From assembly GCA_947486575.1 (NCBI GenBank), contig CANKUB010000009.1:8649-72648 (forward strand): a stretch of 64,000 bases of DNA. The letters are read 5' to 3'. Below are positions 17,574-27,543 of the stretch, in pieces (within the stretch, counting starts at the first letter, position 1; every line of letters starts with the position of its first letter). The translations under genes and the position numbers were made by a program. The notes under the pieces are model-generated. The model saw nothing but the letters and a program-made list of their open reading frames with translations, ran no database searches and had not been told where the DNA came from. This DNA comes from Betaproteobacteria bacterium (GTDB lineage: Bacteria > Pseudomonadota > Gammaproteobacteria > Burkholderiales > SG8-41).

Positions 17574-18238
17574 ATCAATGGCTGCGTAAGTTATTTTTGT
17601 GCGCGTCGCTACTGGCGTGCGCCTCGGCACACGCGCAGCAGTGGAATTTCCAGGTTTTCCTCGACGACAAACCCATCGGGCATCACCATTACACCCTGCG
17701 CGCTAGCGGTGTTAGCGGCGATAGTGGTGTCGGCGGCGCAGAGCGTGAATTAAAAACCGAGGCCCGCTTTGATGTGAAAGTGCTGTTTATCAATGCCTAT
17801 CGCTATATGCATGACGCCAATGAGCGCTGGCGCGGCAACTGCCTCGCGCGCCTGACCGCCCGCACCGACGACAACGGCGAACACAGCGAAGTTGCCGCCG
17901 AGCAGCAAGGCGAGCGCGTTACGGTTTCAAGCACGGCCGCAACGGTACGCGGGCGCGATTCGGCGGATGGTTGCCTGATGACTTATGCCTACTGGAACGC
18001 AGATATTCTGCGCCAGACCCGTTTACTCAATACGCAAACCGGTAAAATTGAAACCGTAAATATTGCCGCTCTGGGCGAAGATAAGATAACCGTGCGTGGC
18101 GTGCCGGTTGCGGCACAGCGTTATCGAATTGGCGGCGGTAAGTACGCGATTGAACTTTGGTACGGCGCAGACAAAGCGTGGCTTGCACTGCAAACCACGC
18201 TCGATAGTGGGCGCAAATTGCGCTATCAGCTTAAGTAA
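17570..18238 (+). CDS. secreted hypothetical protein
   Basis: ATG overlaps the upstream stop. Signal peptide (LLACASAHA/QQ). No motif recognised. Confidence 0.7.
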   Translation: MNQWLRKLFLCASLLACASAHAQQWNFQVFLDDKPIGHHHYTLRASGVSGDSGVGGAERELKTEARFDVKVLFINAYRYMHDANERWRGNCLARLTARTDDNGEHSEVAAEQQGERVTVSSTAATVRGRDSADGCLMTYAYWNADILRQTRLLNTQTGKIETVNIAALGEDKITVRGVPVAAQRYRIGGGKYAIELWYGADKAWLALQTTLDSGRKLRYQLK

Positions 18239-18253
18239 ACAAATAAGTAAAAA

Positions 18254-18796
18254 ATGTTTTATAAACAAATAGTTACAACACTAACTTGCTTGGGGCTGCT
18301 GATGCTAGGCGCGTGCCAGAATATTGCAATGAAGCCGCTGCCAACTGTGCCGCATGTTGATTTGCCGCGTTTCATGGGCGACTGGTATGTGATTGCCAAC
18401 ATACCCACGTTTATTGAAAAAGGTGCGCACAACGCCATTGAATCCTACAGGCTCGATACCGATGGCACGATCGCGGTGACATTTACGTTTCGTGCCGATG
18501 CGTTTGATGGCAAGCCCAAGCATTACACCCCGCGCGGTTTCGTGCGCGACACCAAATCGAATGCCATTTGGGATATGCAATTTATCTGGCCGCTCAAGAC
18601 CGACTATCGCATCAGCTATCTCGCGCCCGATTACAGCCAGACCATCATCAGCCGCGAGAAGCGTGACTACGTATGGGTCATGGCCCGCACACCCAGCATT
18701 TCAGACACGGATTATCAGCAGTTACTCAACACCATTCGAGAGCAGGGCTACGACGTAACTCGAGTACAAAAGGTGCCACAGCAATGGAAAAAATAA
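18254..18796 (+). CDS. blc: outer-membrane lipocalin (Blc-like lipoprotein)
   Basis: Lipobox LMLGAC. Bacterial lipocalin motifs (FMGDWYVIA, YLAPDYSQTII, WVMARTP). Confidence 0.85.
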   Translation: MFYKQIVTTLTCLGLLMLGACQNIAMKPLPTVPHVDLPRFMGDWYVIANIPTFIEKGAHNAIESYRLDTDGTIAVTFTFRADAFDGKPKHYTPRGFVRDTKSNAIWDMQFIWPLKTDYRISYLAPDYSQTIISREKRDYVWVMARTPSISDTDYQQLLNTIREQGYDVTRVQKVPQQWKK

Positions 18797-19734
18797 CGCG
18801 CAAGGCCAGCCGCTGGCAAAGCCTGCTCACGTGGTTCGATAACGATGTGGCGCTTGCCGCGGCCGATGGCGTACCCGCGCGCGGCGTGGATTGGCCGCGC
18901 ATGTTGCCGTTTGTGGCGTTGCACCTGGGGTGCTTCGCCGTCATCTGGGTGGGTGTCAGCACGGCTGCTGTGGTCATTGCCACAGGCCTCTACGTGCTAC
19001 GCATGTTTGCGATCACCGGCTTTTACCATCGCTATTTTTCGCACAATGCGTTTCGCACCTCGCGCGCGGCGCAATTCATCTTCGCCCTGATCGGTGCCTC
19101 TGGCGTACAACGTGGCGCGCTGTGGTGGGCATCGCAACATCGGCATCACCATGTGCATTCCGATCAGCCGCAGGACGTACATTCGGCACGCCAGCACGGG
19201 TTTTTCTGGAGCCATATGGGCTGGTTCATGGCACGCGAGAATTTCGCCACGCGCCGTGAGCGGATCACGCATTTGCTGCGTTATCCCGAACTGCGTTTTC
19301 TCGATCGTTACGATGCGCTGGTGCCACTGTTGCTCGCGGTTACCTTGTTTGGCGCGGGCGAAGCGCTGGCGCGTTTTGCCCCCGCACTTCAAACGACCGG
19401 TTGGCAAATGGTGGTGTGGGGATTTTGCGTCTCCACCGTAGCGCTGTATCACGCCACCTTCACCATTAATTCGCTGACGCACTGTATTGGCCGGCGCCGC
19501 TATGCTACCAGTGATGATTCGCGCAATAACGTATGGCTCGCGCTGCTCACCTTTGGCGAGGGGTGGCACAACAATCATCATCATTTTCCCGGCTCGGTGC
19601 GGCAGGGCTTTTTCTGGTGGGAGATTGATCTCACTTACTATGGCCTGCGTGTGCTGGCAGCCCTCGGCATCATCTGGGATCTCAAGGAATTACCCGTCGG
19701 CATGCTGCACGCCCGGCTCACCACACCGCAATGA
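18784..19734 (+). CDS. membrane fatty-acid (acyl-CoA/acyl-lipid) desaturase
   Basis: Histidine boxes HRYFSH, HRHHH and HNNHH with TM segments. ATG 18784 (MEKITRK) overlaps the blc end. The ORF-track start at 18673 is an upstream extension. Confidence 0.85.
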   Translation: MEKITRKASRWQSLLTWFDNDVALAAADGVPARGVDWPRMLPFVALHLGCFAVIWVGVSTAAVVIATGLYVLRMFAITGFYHRYFSHNAFRTSRAAQFIFALIGASGVQRGALWWASQHRHHHVHSDQPQDVHSARQHGFFWSHMGWFMARENFATRRERITHLLRYPELRFLDRYDALVPLLLAVTLFGAGEALARFAPALQTTGWQMVVWGFCVSTVALYHATFTINSLTHCIGRRRYATSDDSRNNVWLALLTFGEGWHNNHHHFPGSVRQGFFWWEIDLTYYGLRVLAALGIIWDLKELPVGMLHARLTTPQ

Positions 19735-21005
19735 AAATTGCCATCATTGGCAGCGGCATCGCCGGTAATGTGGTGGCGCACCACCTGTATCGCGCGCACG
19801 ACATCACGGTGTTTGAAGCCGCCAGCCACATCGGCGGCCACACCCATACGCACGCGGTTGAACACAATGGTGAGCGCCATGAAATCGACACCGGATTTAT
19901 CGTCTTCAACGACTGGACTTACCCCAATTTCATTGCGTTGCTGAATGAACTGGGTGTGGAATCGCAGACGTCACAGATGAGCTTCAGTGTGCGCAACGAA
20001 CGCAGCGGGCTGGAGTACAACGGCACTACGCTCAACACCCTGTTCGCGCAACGGCGCAATCTGCTGCGGCCCTCGTTTCATCGCATGATTCGCGATATTT
20101 TGCGCTTCAATCGGGAGGCGCCAACGCTGTTGAACGCCACACAGGAAATCTGCCTCGGCAATTTTTTGACCAACGGAAAATACTCACCACAATTCGTAAA
20201 TGACTACCTGATCCCGATGGGCGCTGCGATATGGTCAACCGATCCAGCACGCATGCTGTCGTTTCCGGCGCGGTATTTTGTACAATTCTTTCATAACCAC
20301 GGCATGCTCTCCGTCGATAAGCGTCCGCAATGGCGTGCGATTCGTGGCGGTTCCGCGCGTTATGTTAAAAAACTGGTGGCCCCCTTTCGGCAGCGTATCC
20401 GCTTGAACGCGCCGGTTGAAAGGGTGCAACGTTCGGTCAATGGCGTAACCATCAAAGTGCATGGTGCAGAACAGGAACACTTCGATCAGGTATTCCTCGC
20501 GTGTCATGCCGATCAGGCGTTGCGGATGCTCGTCGATGCGTCGCCGCTGGAACACGCAGTGGTAGGCGCTATTCCGTATCAGGAAAACGAGGCGGTGCTG
20601 CACACCGATACGTCGCTGCTACCGCGCAAACACCGCGCCTGGGCCGCGTGGAATTATCATCTGCCGAATGATGGGGGTGATGATCGCGCCACGCTCACCT
20701 ACAACATGAATATTCTGCAAAGCCTGAAATCGCGCAGCACATTCTGCGTTTCGCTTAACCGCACCGCCCAGATTGCGCCGGATAAAATCATCAAGCGCCT
20801 GACCTATCACCACCCGTTGTATACACCCGAAGGCGTAGCGGCGCAGCAACGCCAGCATGAGGTCAACGGCGTGAACCGCACCTATTTTTGCGGCGCGTAT
20901 TGGCGCTACGGGTTTCACGAAGATGGTGTGGTCAGCGCCCTGAACGCGTTAAAACATTTTGAGCAGGCCACCCATGAACAGCGCGATTTATCACGGGTGG
21001 CTTAG
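19731..21005 (+). CDS. FAD/NAD(P)-binding amine-oxidase-like oxidoreductase
   Basis: N-terminal dinucleotide fold MKIAIIGSGIAGN; 424 aa. ATGA overlap with the desaturase stop. Confidence 0.85.
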   Translation: MKIAIIGSGIAGNVVAHHLYRAHDITVFEAASHIGGHTHTHAVEHNGERHEIDTGFIVFNDWTYPNFIALLNELGVESQTSQMSFSVRNERSGLEYNGTTLNTLFAQRRNLLRPSFHRMIRDILRFNREAPTLLNATQEICLGNFLTNGKYSPQFVNDYLIPMGAAIWSTDPARMLSFPARYFVQFFHNHGMLSVDKRPQWRAIRGGSARYVKKLVAPFRQRIRLNAPVERVQRSVNGVTIKVHGAEQEHFDQVFLACHADQALRMLVDASPLEHAVVGAIPYQENEAVLHTDTSLLPRKHRAWAAWNYHLPNDGGDDRATLTYNMNILQSLKSRSTFCVSLNRTAQIAPDKIIKRLTYHHPLYTPEGVAAQQRQHEVNGVNRTYFCGAYWRYGFHEDGVVSALNALKHFEQATHEQRDLSRVA

Positions 21006-21777
21006 GCACCGGCGCCTTGCGCCACGGCCGCACGCCTATCGCTATCCGTTGTTTTTGATGTACCTCGATCTGGCGGAACTCGACGAGGTATTTCGCGGAC
21101 GCTGGTTTTGGTCAGTGCGGCGCCGCGCACTCGCGCGGTTCGATCGCGCCGATCATCTGGGCGATGCCGCTGTGCCTCTCGGTGAATCCGTGCGCGATCT
21201 CGTGCAAACCAAAACGGGCAAGCGGCTCGATGGTCCGATACGTCTGCTCACGCATCTGCGTTATTTCGGTCATTGCTTCAACCCGGTGAGTTTTTATTTT
21301 TGTTTCGACGCTGCCGGAGTCAATGTCGATTGCGTGGTGGCCGAGGTCAACAACACGCCGTGGGGCGAACAACATTGCTATGTGCTGCATCACCCCAGTC
21401 AGGCCATGCCCGGCAAATACCAGCGTTATCAGAGCGAGAAAGTGTTTCACGTGTCACCCTTCATGCCGATGAATCTGGATTACACGTGGGGGTTTTCCAC
21501 GCCGGGCGAAACACTGAATGTGCATATTGCACTGTGCAATCACGCGTCTGATGACGCCTCAACTGTGGCTTTACCTGCACAGAAAATTTTCGACGCCACC
21601 ATGCAACTCGAACACGCCCCCATCACTGGAATGCGCCTTGCGGGGTTGCTGCTGCGGTTTCCCGCAATGACACTGCAAATCATCGTGGCCATCCATTGGC
21701 AAGCGTTACGATTGTGGTTAAAGCGCGTGCCCGTACACACGCACCCGGCCAAATTAAAGTCATCCGCAGCGCCATAA
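20974..21777 (+). CDS. DUF1365-family protein
   Basis: The N-terminus MNSAIYHGWLRHRR is typical of DUF1365. It lies between the FAD oxidoreductase and CFA synthase genes, as in many proteobacteria. Confidence 0.8.
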   Translation: MNSAIYHGWLRHRRLAPRPHAYRYPLFLMYLDLAELDEVFRGRWFWSVRRRALARFDRADHLGDAAVPLGESVRDLVQTKTGKRLDGPIRLLTHLRYFGHCFNPVSFYFCFDAAGVNVDCVVAEVNNTPWGEQHCYVLHHPSQAMPGKYQRYQSEKVFHVSPFMPMNLDYTWGFSTPGETLNVHIALCNHASDDASTVALPAQKIFDATMQLEHAPITGMRLAGLLLRFPAMTLQIIVAIHWQALRLWLKRVPVHTHPAKLKSSAAP

Positions 21778-21784
21778 CAACTCA

Positions 21785-23092
21785 ATGAAAACAAATACAT
21801 ATGAGCGTCATGTGGCAACACTCAATGCGCTCAACACACCCAAGCCGCATTTGCTCGATGGCGTGGCAGCAGCGGCCGTGCGTCGTCGTCTAGCGGGTTT
21901 GATGCACGGTGTACTCACGCTGCACGATGGTGAACACGTTGCGCGCTACGGCAAGCCCACCGACCGTTGCCCGCTCAACGTAACGCTGCACGTGCTTGAT
22001 CCGCGTTTCTATAGTGAGATTGCATTTGGCGGCTCCATCGGCGCAAGCGAAGCCTACATGCAGGGTTACTGGCGCGTGGACGACCTGACCGGGTTGATGC
22101 GCATCCTGCTGCAAAACCGCGATGTGCTCGACGGCATGGAGACCGGGTTCGCCCGCTTGGCAGCGCCGCTGCAAAAAGCATTGCATTGGACGGCGCGCAA
22201 CACGCGCGGCGGCAGCAGTCGCAATATTCAGGCACACTATGATTTAGGCAATGATTTTTTTCAGCTTTTTCTTGATCCCACGATGATGTATTCGAGCGCA
22301 ATTTTCGAGCGCGCGGATATGTCGCTTGAAGAAGCATCCATCGCCAAGCTCGATCGCATCTGCCGCAAGCTCGATCTCAAGCCAGGCGACCGGGTGATCG
22401 AAATCGGCACCGGCTGGGGTGGTTTCGCCATGCACGCCACACGAAACTACGGCTGCCATGTCACCACCACCACCATTTCGCCCGCCCAGCATGCGCTGGC
22501 GCGCGAACGCATCGTCACTGCGGGTCTGACGGAGCGCATTGATCTGTTGTTGACCGATTACCGTGACCTCACCGGGCAATACGACAAGCTGGTTTCCATT
22601 GAGATGATCGAAGCCGTGGGTCATCAGTACTACGACGCCTATTTTCGCAAATGCAGCGAACTGCTAAAGCCTGATGGCGCCATGCTGTTGCAGGCAATCA
22701 CGATTGCCGACCAGCGCTACGAGACCGCCAAAAATGCGGTGGATTTTATTCAGCGTTATATCTTCCCCGGTAGCTGCATTCCGTCGGTCACCGCCATCAG
22801 CGATTCGCTGGCACGCGTGACGGACATGCGGCTGTTTCACCTTGAAGACATCGGCCCGCATTACGCCACCACGCTGCGCAGGTGGTACGACAACTTTAAC
22901 GCAAAGCTGGAGCCCATCAGAGCGCTGGGATACCCTGAAGCGTTTATTCGCATGTGGGAATTTTACTTTTGTTACTGTGAGGCAGGCTTTATCGAACGCG
23001 TCATAGGCGATGCACAGATGCTGCTGATCAAGCCCCAGTGCCGGTTACAGTCACTAACAGCACCGCTACCCGCGTTACGGCAATCCACTTAA
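21785..23092 (+). CDS. cfa: cyclopropane-fatty-acyl-phospholipid synthase-family SAM methyltransferase
   Basis: 435 aa. SAM motif VIEIGTGWGGFA and CFA-synthase C-terminal motifs (FRMWEFYFCYCEAGF). Confidence 0.9.
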   Translation: MKTNTYERHVATLNALNTPKPHLLDGVAAAAVRRRLAGLMHGVLTLHDGEHVARYGKPTDRCPLNVTLHVLDPRFYSEIAFGGSIGASEAYMQGYWRVDDLTGLMRILLQNRDVLDGMETGFARLAAPLQKALHWTARNTRGGSSRNIQAHYDLGNDFFQLFLDPTMMYSSAIFERADMSLEEASIAKLDRICRKLDLKPGDRVIEIGTGWGGFAMHATRNYGCHVTTTTISPAQHALARERIVTAGLTERIDLLLTDYRDLTGQYDKLVSIEMIEAVGHQYYDAYFRKCSELLKPDGAMLLQAITIADQRYETAKNAVDFIQRYIFPGSCIPSVTAISDSLARVTDMRLFHLEDIGPHYATTLRRWYDNFNAKLEPIRALGYPEAFIRMWEFYFCYCEAGFIERVIGDAQMLLIKPQCRLQSLTAPLPALRQST

Positions 23093-23104
23093 GGAAGAAT
23101 TGAC

Positions 23105-24610
23105 ATGTTTGAATCAGCCAATCTCGACCACCGTATCGACAAAGAAACCTATCTGCGTGAAGAACGCACATTGCGCGAAGCCCTGCTGAACGCGCAATAT
23201 GACCTCAAGCAAAACGGCGGCTTTCCATTGATTATTCTGATTGCCGGGGTTGAAGGGGCGGGCAAGGGCGAAACCGTTAATCTGTTGAACGAGTGGATGG
23301 ACCCGCGTCACATCCATACACATGCCTTCCCCGATCTTTCCGACGAGGAACGTGAGCGCCCCCTGATGTGGCGTTACTGGCGGGCCCTGCCGCCCAAAGG
23401 TTCCATCGGTGTCTTTTTCGGTGCCTGGCACACCGTGCCCGTTGTGTTGCGCGTGCAGGAGGCAATTTCCAAACGCGAGCTAGGGCAATATATCGGTGAA
23501 ATTCAACGGCTGGAGAAGATGCTCACGGACGAAGGCGTGATGCTGGTGAAGCTATGGTTCCACCTCTCCAAAGACCAGCAGAAAAAGCGCCTGACAACAC
23601 TGGAAAAAGATCCCAAAACCGCCTGGCGCGTGACCGACCTCGAATGGAAATACTTCAAGCAATACGACAAATTCATCAAGGTGTGCGAGCCTTTCCTGCG
23701 TGAAACCTCAACCGGCGATGCGCCGTGGATTGTGGTGCCGGGCATGGACCCGCGCTACCGTGCGCTGACCGTGGGGCGACATCTGCTCAGCGCACTGCGC
23801 GCGCGCCTCGATACCTCCCAATCGGCCAAGCCCGCTGCTCCACGCGGACAACCTCTGCTGCCGCCCGCAGATAATTTAAATGTGCTGCGAGCGCTCAAGC
23901 TCGATCAGGACATGACGCGCAAGGCCTATGAGCGCGAACTCGATAAATGGCAGGGTCGGCTCAATCTGCTGACGCGTGACAAGCGCTTTAAATCGCTCTC
24001 CGTGATTGCTGCATTCGAAGGCAATGATGCTGCGGGCAAAGGTGGCGCGATCCGTCGTGTAACCGGCGCACTCGATGCGCGCCTCTACCAGAACGTCTCG
24101 GTCGCCGCACCCACGCAGGAGGAACGCGCGCAACCGTACCTGTGGCGGTTTTGGCGGCAAGTTCCCAGGCACGGCAGCGTAACCATTTTCGACCGAACCT
24201 GGTATGGCCGGGTGCTGGTTGAACGCGTGGAAAAATTCTCTTCCGAAACGGATTGGATGCGCGCCTATTCCGAAATCAACGATTTCGAACAGCAACTGGC
24301 CGATCACAACATCGTGCTGGTGAAATTCTGGCTCGCCATCAGCAAAGACGAGCAACACAAACGCTTCAAGGCCCGTGAAGCAATCAGCTTCAAACGCTTC
24401 AAAATCACGGCAGAAGACTGGCGCAATCGCAAAAAATGGAACGACTACGAAGTCGCTGTGTCCGAAATGGTCGATCGCACATCGACTGCTACAGCACCGT
24501 GGACACTGGTCGAAGCCAACAACAAGTATTACGCGCGGATCAAGGTGCTCAAGACGCTTGTGGCGGCGATTGAGGCGGGGTTAAAACGGGTGGAGGGCAA
24601 CAAGCGCTGA
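23105..24610 (+). CDS. pap: two-domain PPK2-family polyphosphate:AMP phosphotransferase
   Basis: 501 aa with two tandem PPK2 domains, each carrying a Walker A-like motif (GVEGAGKGE; GNDAAGKGG). Confidence 0.9.
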   Translation: MFESANLDHRIDKETYLREERTLREALLNAQYDLKQNGGFPLIILIAGVEGAGKGETVNLLNEWMDPRHIHTHAFPDLSDEERERPLMWRYWRALPPKGSIGVFFGAWHTVPVVLRVQEAISKRELGQYIGEIQRLEKMLTDEGVMLVKLWFHLSKDQQKKRLTTLEKDPKTAWRVTDLEWKYFKQYDKFIKVCEPFLRETSTGDAPWIVVPGMDPRYRALTVGRHLLSALRARLDTSQSAKPAAPRGQPLLPPADNLNVLRALKLDQDMTRKAYERELDKWQGRLNLLTRDKRFKSLSVIAAFEGNDAAGKGGAIRRVTGALDARLYQNVSVAAPTQEERAQPYLWRFWRQVPRHGSVTIFDRTWYGRVLVERVEKFSSETDWMRAYSEINDFEQQLADHNIVLVKFWLAISKDEQHKRFKAREAISFKRFKITAEDWRNRKKWNDYEVAVSEMVDRTSTATAPWTLVEANNKYYARIKVLKTLVAAIEAGLKRVEGNKR

Positions 24611-24625
24611 TTCTTTAATGCCGAG

Positions 24626-25804
24626 CTACTTCCCCAGCACATGCGATCCAATAATCAGTTTTTGAATCTCGCTGGTGCCTTCGTATATGCGCAGTGGTCG
24701 TATCTCGCGGTACAGCCGTTCGACCGTGCTGCCAACAGTGACGCCCAGTCCACCAAATAGTTGCACAGCGGAATCGATGACGCGCTGCGCGGCTTCGGTG
24801 GCATGCAGTTTGGCCATGGAGGCTTCGAGCGTGACGCGTTCGCGCAAGGTGTCTTTGGTCCACGCAGCGCGATAGACCAGCAGCGCGGCAGTTTCGACAT
24901 CGAGCGCCATATCAGCAATGCGCATTTGCGTGGCCTGGAACTGTGCCAGCGCCTGCCCGAACACCTGCCTCGCGCGCACATGGGCACTGGCCTCTGACAG
25001 CGCGCGCCGCGCAAAGCCGAGCGCAGCAGCACCGACAGTGGCACGCATGATATCGAGTGTCGCCATCGCCACTTTGAAACCTTCGCCGGGTTTGCCGAGC
25101 ATGTGGGTGGCCGGTATGCGGCAGTCGTTAAACACCACTGTCCCGATCACATGAGGAGCCACCACCTGGATGGATTCTGGCACCGAAAAGCCGGGGGTGT
25201 TGGCATCCACCACAAAGGCGGACAGCCCTTTTGCGCCCGGCGCTTCGCCGGTGCGGGCAAACACCACAAAGGTGTGGCCAACACCCGCGTTGGAAATCCA
25301 CGTTTTACGACCATTCAAAACATAGCTGTCACCTTCGCGCTTGGCGCTGGTTTGCAGGGCCGACACGTCAGAGCCCGCTTCGACTTCCGACAGGCAAAAG
25401 CCAGTGATGCAAGAACCATCGGTCATTTTGGGCAGATAAGCAGCCTGCTGCGCCGCAGTGCCAAACAGCACAATCGGCACAGCGCCCAACCCCTGCATCG
25501 CAAAAGTGCAATCCGCCAGACCGGAGCAACGCGCCAAAACATCGCGCACGATACACAGGCTGCGCACGTCCACCTTGGCGTGGGGGCCACCGAGCGATGC
25601 GGGCAGCAGATAACGCAGCCAGCCGCCCTCGCCCAGCAGTCGAGCGATGTCGCGCACAGCCTGCACTTCGTCAACACCGTTGGCCTCTAGCGCCATGTGA
25701 TGTTTTGCTACCAACGCATCAAGTGCGTCAGCGAGCTGCCGGTGCGCGTCATCAAAGAAGGGCCATTCGAGAAATGTGTTGCTGGCGTTTATCGTATTCT
25801 TCAT
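24626..25804 (-). CDS. acyl-CoA dehydrogenase
   Basis: 392 aa. ACAD motifs ([34 protein letters not shown]). Confidence 0.9.
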   Translation of the reverse strand: MKNTINASNTFLEWPFFDDAHRQLADALDALVAKHHMALEANGVDEVQAVRDIARLLGEGGWLRYLLPASLGGPHAKVDVRSLCIVRDVLARCSGLADCTFAMQGLGAVPIVLFGTAAQQAAYLPKMTDGSCITGFCLSEVEAGSDVSALQTSAKREGDSYVLNGRKTWISNAGVGHTFVVFARTGEAPGAKGLSAFVVDANTPGFSVPESIQVVAPHVIGTVVFNDCRIPATHMLGKPGEGFKVAMATLDIMRATVGAAALGFARRALSEASAHVRARQVFGQALAQFQATQMRIADMALDVETAALLVYRAAWTKDTLRERVTLEASMAKLHATEAAQRVIDSAVQLFGGLGVTVGSTVERLYREIRPLRIYEGTSEIQKLIIGSHVLGK

Positions 25805-25903
25805 GTGATTAACGTTATCACATCACGCGCGTAGGTTAAAATCTGGCGTTATCTGGTTTGCTATTTCGTTCGCAATTTGAACTTCATCAAGGAACTCCGT
25901 CTC

Positions 25904-26650
25904 ATGAAACTCAACGGTAAAACAGCTGTTATCACCGGTGCCGCATCGGGCATTGGTTTGGCCACTGCACAAGTATTTGCCGCAGCGGGCGCATCGCTGG
26001 TGCTCGGCGATATCAATGTGGCAGCGGGTGAGGATGCCGTGCGCCAACTCAACGCCACAGGACATAAGGCGATCTTTGTACCGCTGAATGTTACGGACGA
26101 GTTGGCCGTGCTGCGCTTTCGCGATGCTGCCTACGCGCTGTCCGACAACGTCGATGTCGTGGTGAACGTAGCGGGCTGGAGCAAAGTGGAGGCGTTCGTA
26201 AACACTACGCCTGAACTGTGGGAAAAGCTGATTAACCTGAATTACACTGGCACGTTACGGGTAGTGCATGCCTTTCTGCCGAAAATGATTGCGCGCGCCG
26301 AAGGCAAGATCGTCAATGTCTCCAGCGACGCCGGGCGTGCCGGCAGCGGCGGCGAAGCGGTTTACGCGGGGAGCAAGGGCGCGGTGATTGCCTTCACCAA
26401 ATCGCTTGCACGAGAAACTGCGCGCTACAAGCTCAACGTGAATTGCGTGTGCCCCGGCCCCACGGATACACCGTTGCTGGCGTCTACGCCTGAAAAGCAA
26501 CGCGAGGCGCTAACCCGCGCAATACCGTTTCGGCGCTTTGCAAAACCCTCTGAAGTTGCGGATGCCATTTTGTTCTTCGCCAGTGACCGTGCGTCATACT
26601 TGACCGGGCAGGTGCTGAGTGTGAGTGGCGGCTTGACAATGCAAGACTAA
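25904..26650 (+). CDS. short-chain dehydrogenase/reductase (3-oxoacyl/3-hydroxyacyl-CoA type)
   Basis: TGAASGIG cofactor motif and YAGSK catalytic motif. ATG 25904 is preceded by AAGGA; the ORF-track TTG 25877 is less likely. Confidence 0.85.
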   Translation: MKLNGKTAVITGAASGIGLATAQVFAAAGASLVLGDINVAAGEDAVRQLNATGHKAIFVPLNVTDELAVLRFRDAAYALSDNVDVVVNVAGWSKVEAFVNTTPELWEKLINLNYTGTLRVVHAFLPKMIARAEGKIVNVSSDAGRAGSGGEAVYAGSKGAVIAFTKSLARETARYKLNVNCVCPGPTDTPLLASTPEKQREALTRAIPFRRFAKPSEVADAILFFASDRASYLTGQVLSVSGGLTMQD

Positions 26651-26661
26651 GGCGAGATCTA

Positions 26662-26683
26662 TAACCCATTGTTTTTATTTAAA
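26662..26683 (-). repeat. AT-rich intergenic motif copy (reverse orientation)
   Basis: TAACCCATTGTTTTTATTTAAA. Its first 18 nt are identical to the copy at 14194. Confidence 0.6.
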
Positions 26684-26702
26684 TTTTCTGAAGACCTCTA
26701 CC

Positions 26703-27515
26703 ATGAACAAAGCCGCTGATTTCAAACCAACGCATTTCAAATGGGAAGTGCAAGGCAAAGTTGCCACCGTTACCCTGAATCGCCCTGAACGCAAAAACCC
26801 GCTGACCTTTGAATCGTACGCGGAATTGCGCGATACCTTTCGTGCGCTGAATTACGTCGACGACGTGAAGACGGTGGTTGTCACCGGGGCGGGCGGCAAC
26901 TTCTGTTCCGGCGGCGATGTGCACGAAATCATCGGGCCGCTGACCAAACTGAAAATGCCCGGCCTGCTGGAATTCACCCGCATGACCGGCGATCTGGTGA
27001 AAGCCATGCGGGCATGCCCGCAACCCATCGTTGCCGCTATCGATGGCATTTGCGCCGGGGCGGGCGCAATGATTGCCTGCGGTTCCGATATTCGTTACGG
27101 CACCGCACGCAGCAAAGTGGCGTTCCTGTTCGTGCGCGTGGGGCTGGCGGGCGCAGACATGGGTGCGTGCTCGCTACTGCCGCGCATTATCGGGCAAGGC
27201 CGCGCGTCTGACCTGCTCTACACAGGCCGTTCGATGGGTGGCGAAGAAGCCGAGCGTTTCGGATTTTACAACGCTGTTCACGAGCCGGAAAAAGTGCTTG
27301 CCGCCGCTCACGAGATGGCTCGCAATCTGGCTGATGGCCCCACCTTTGCCCATGGCATGACCAAAAAGCTGTTGCATCAGGAGTGGAACATGGGCCTTGA
27401 CGAAGCCATCGAAGCGGAAGCCGAAGGTCAGGCTATCTGCATGCAGACGCAGGATTTCCATCGTGCTTATCACGCGTTTGCGAACAAGCAAAAGCCGGTG
27501 TTTGAGGGTAATTAA
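26703..27515 (+). CDS. enoyl-CoA hydratase/isomerase (crotonase) family
   Basis: 270 aa; crotonase fold motifs ([26 protein letters not shown]). Confidence 0.85.
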   Translation: MNKAADFKPTHFKWEVQGKVATVTLNRPERKNPLTFESYAELRDTFRALNYVDDVKTVVVTGAGGNFCSGGDVHEIIGPLTKLKMPGLLEFTRMTGDLVKAMRACPQPIVAAIDGICAGAGAMIACGSDIRYGTARSKVAFLFVRVGLAGADMGACSLLPRIIGQGRASDLLYTGRSMGGEEAERFGFYNAVHEPEKVLAAAHEMARNLADGPTFAHGMTKKLLHQEWNMGLDEAIEAEAEGQAICMQTQDFHRAYHAFANKQKPVFEGN

Positions 27516-27543
27516 AGCGTAGCGACATTCCGGGAGCGACATC

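Noticed and set aside
25804-25822. CRP/FNR-type site (TGTGA...TCACA)
   Set aside because: The spacing between the TGTGA and TCACA half-sites is 9 nt rather than 6 nt (CRP) or 4 nt within TTGAT-N4-ATCAA (FNR). It is kept only as a generic palindrome.
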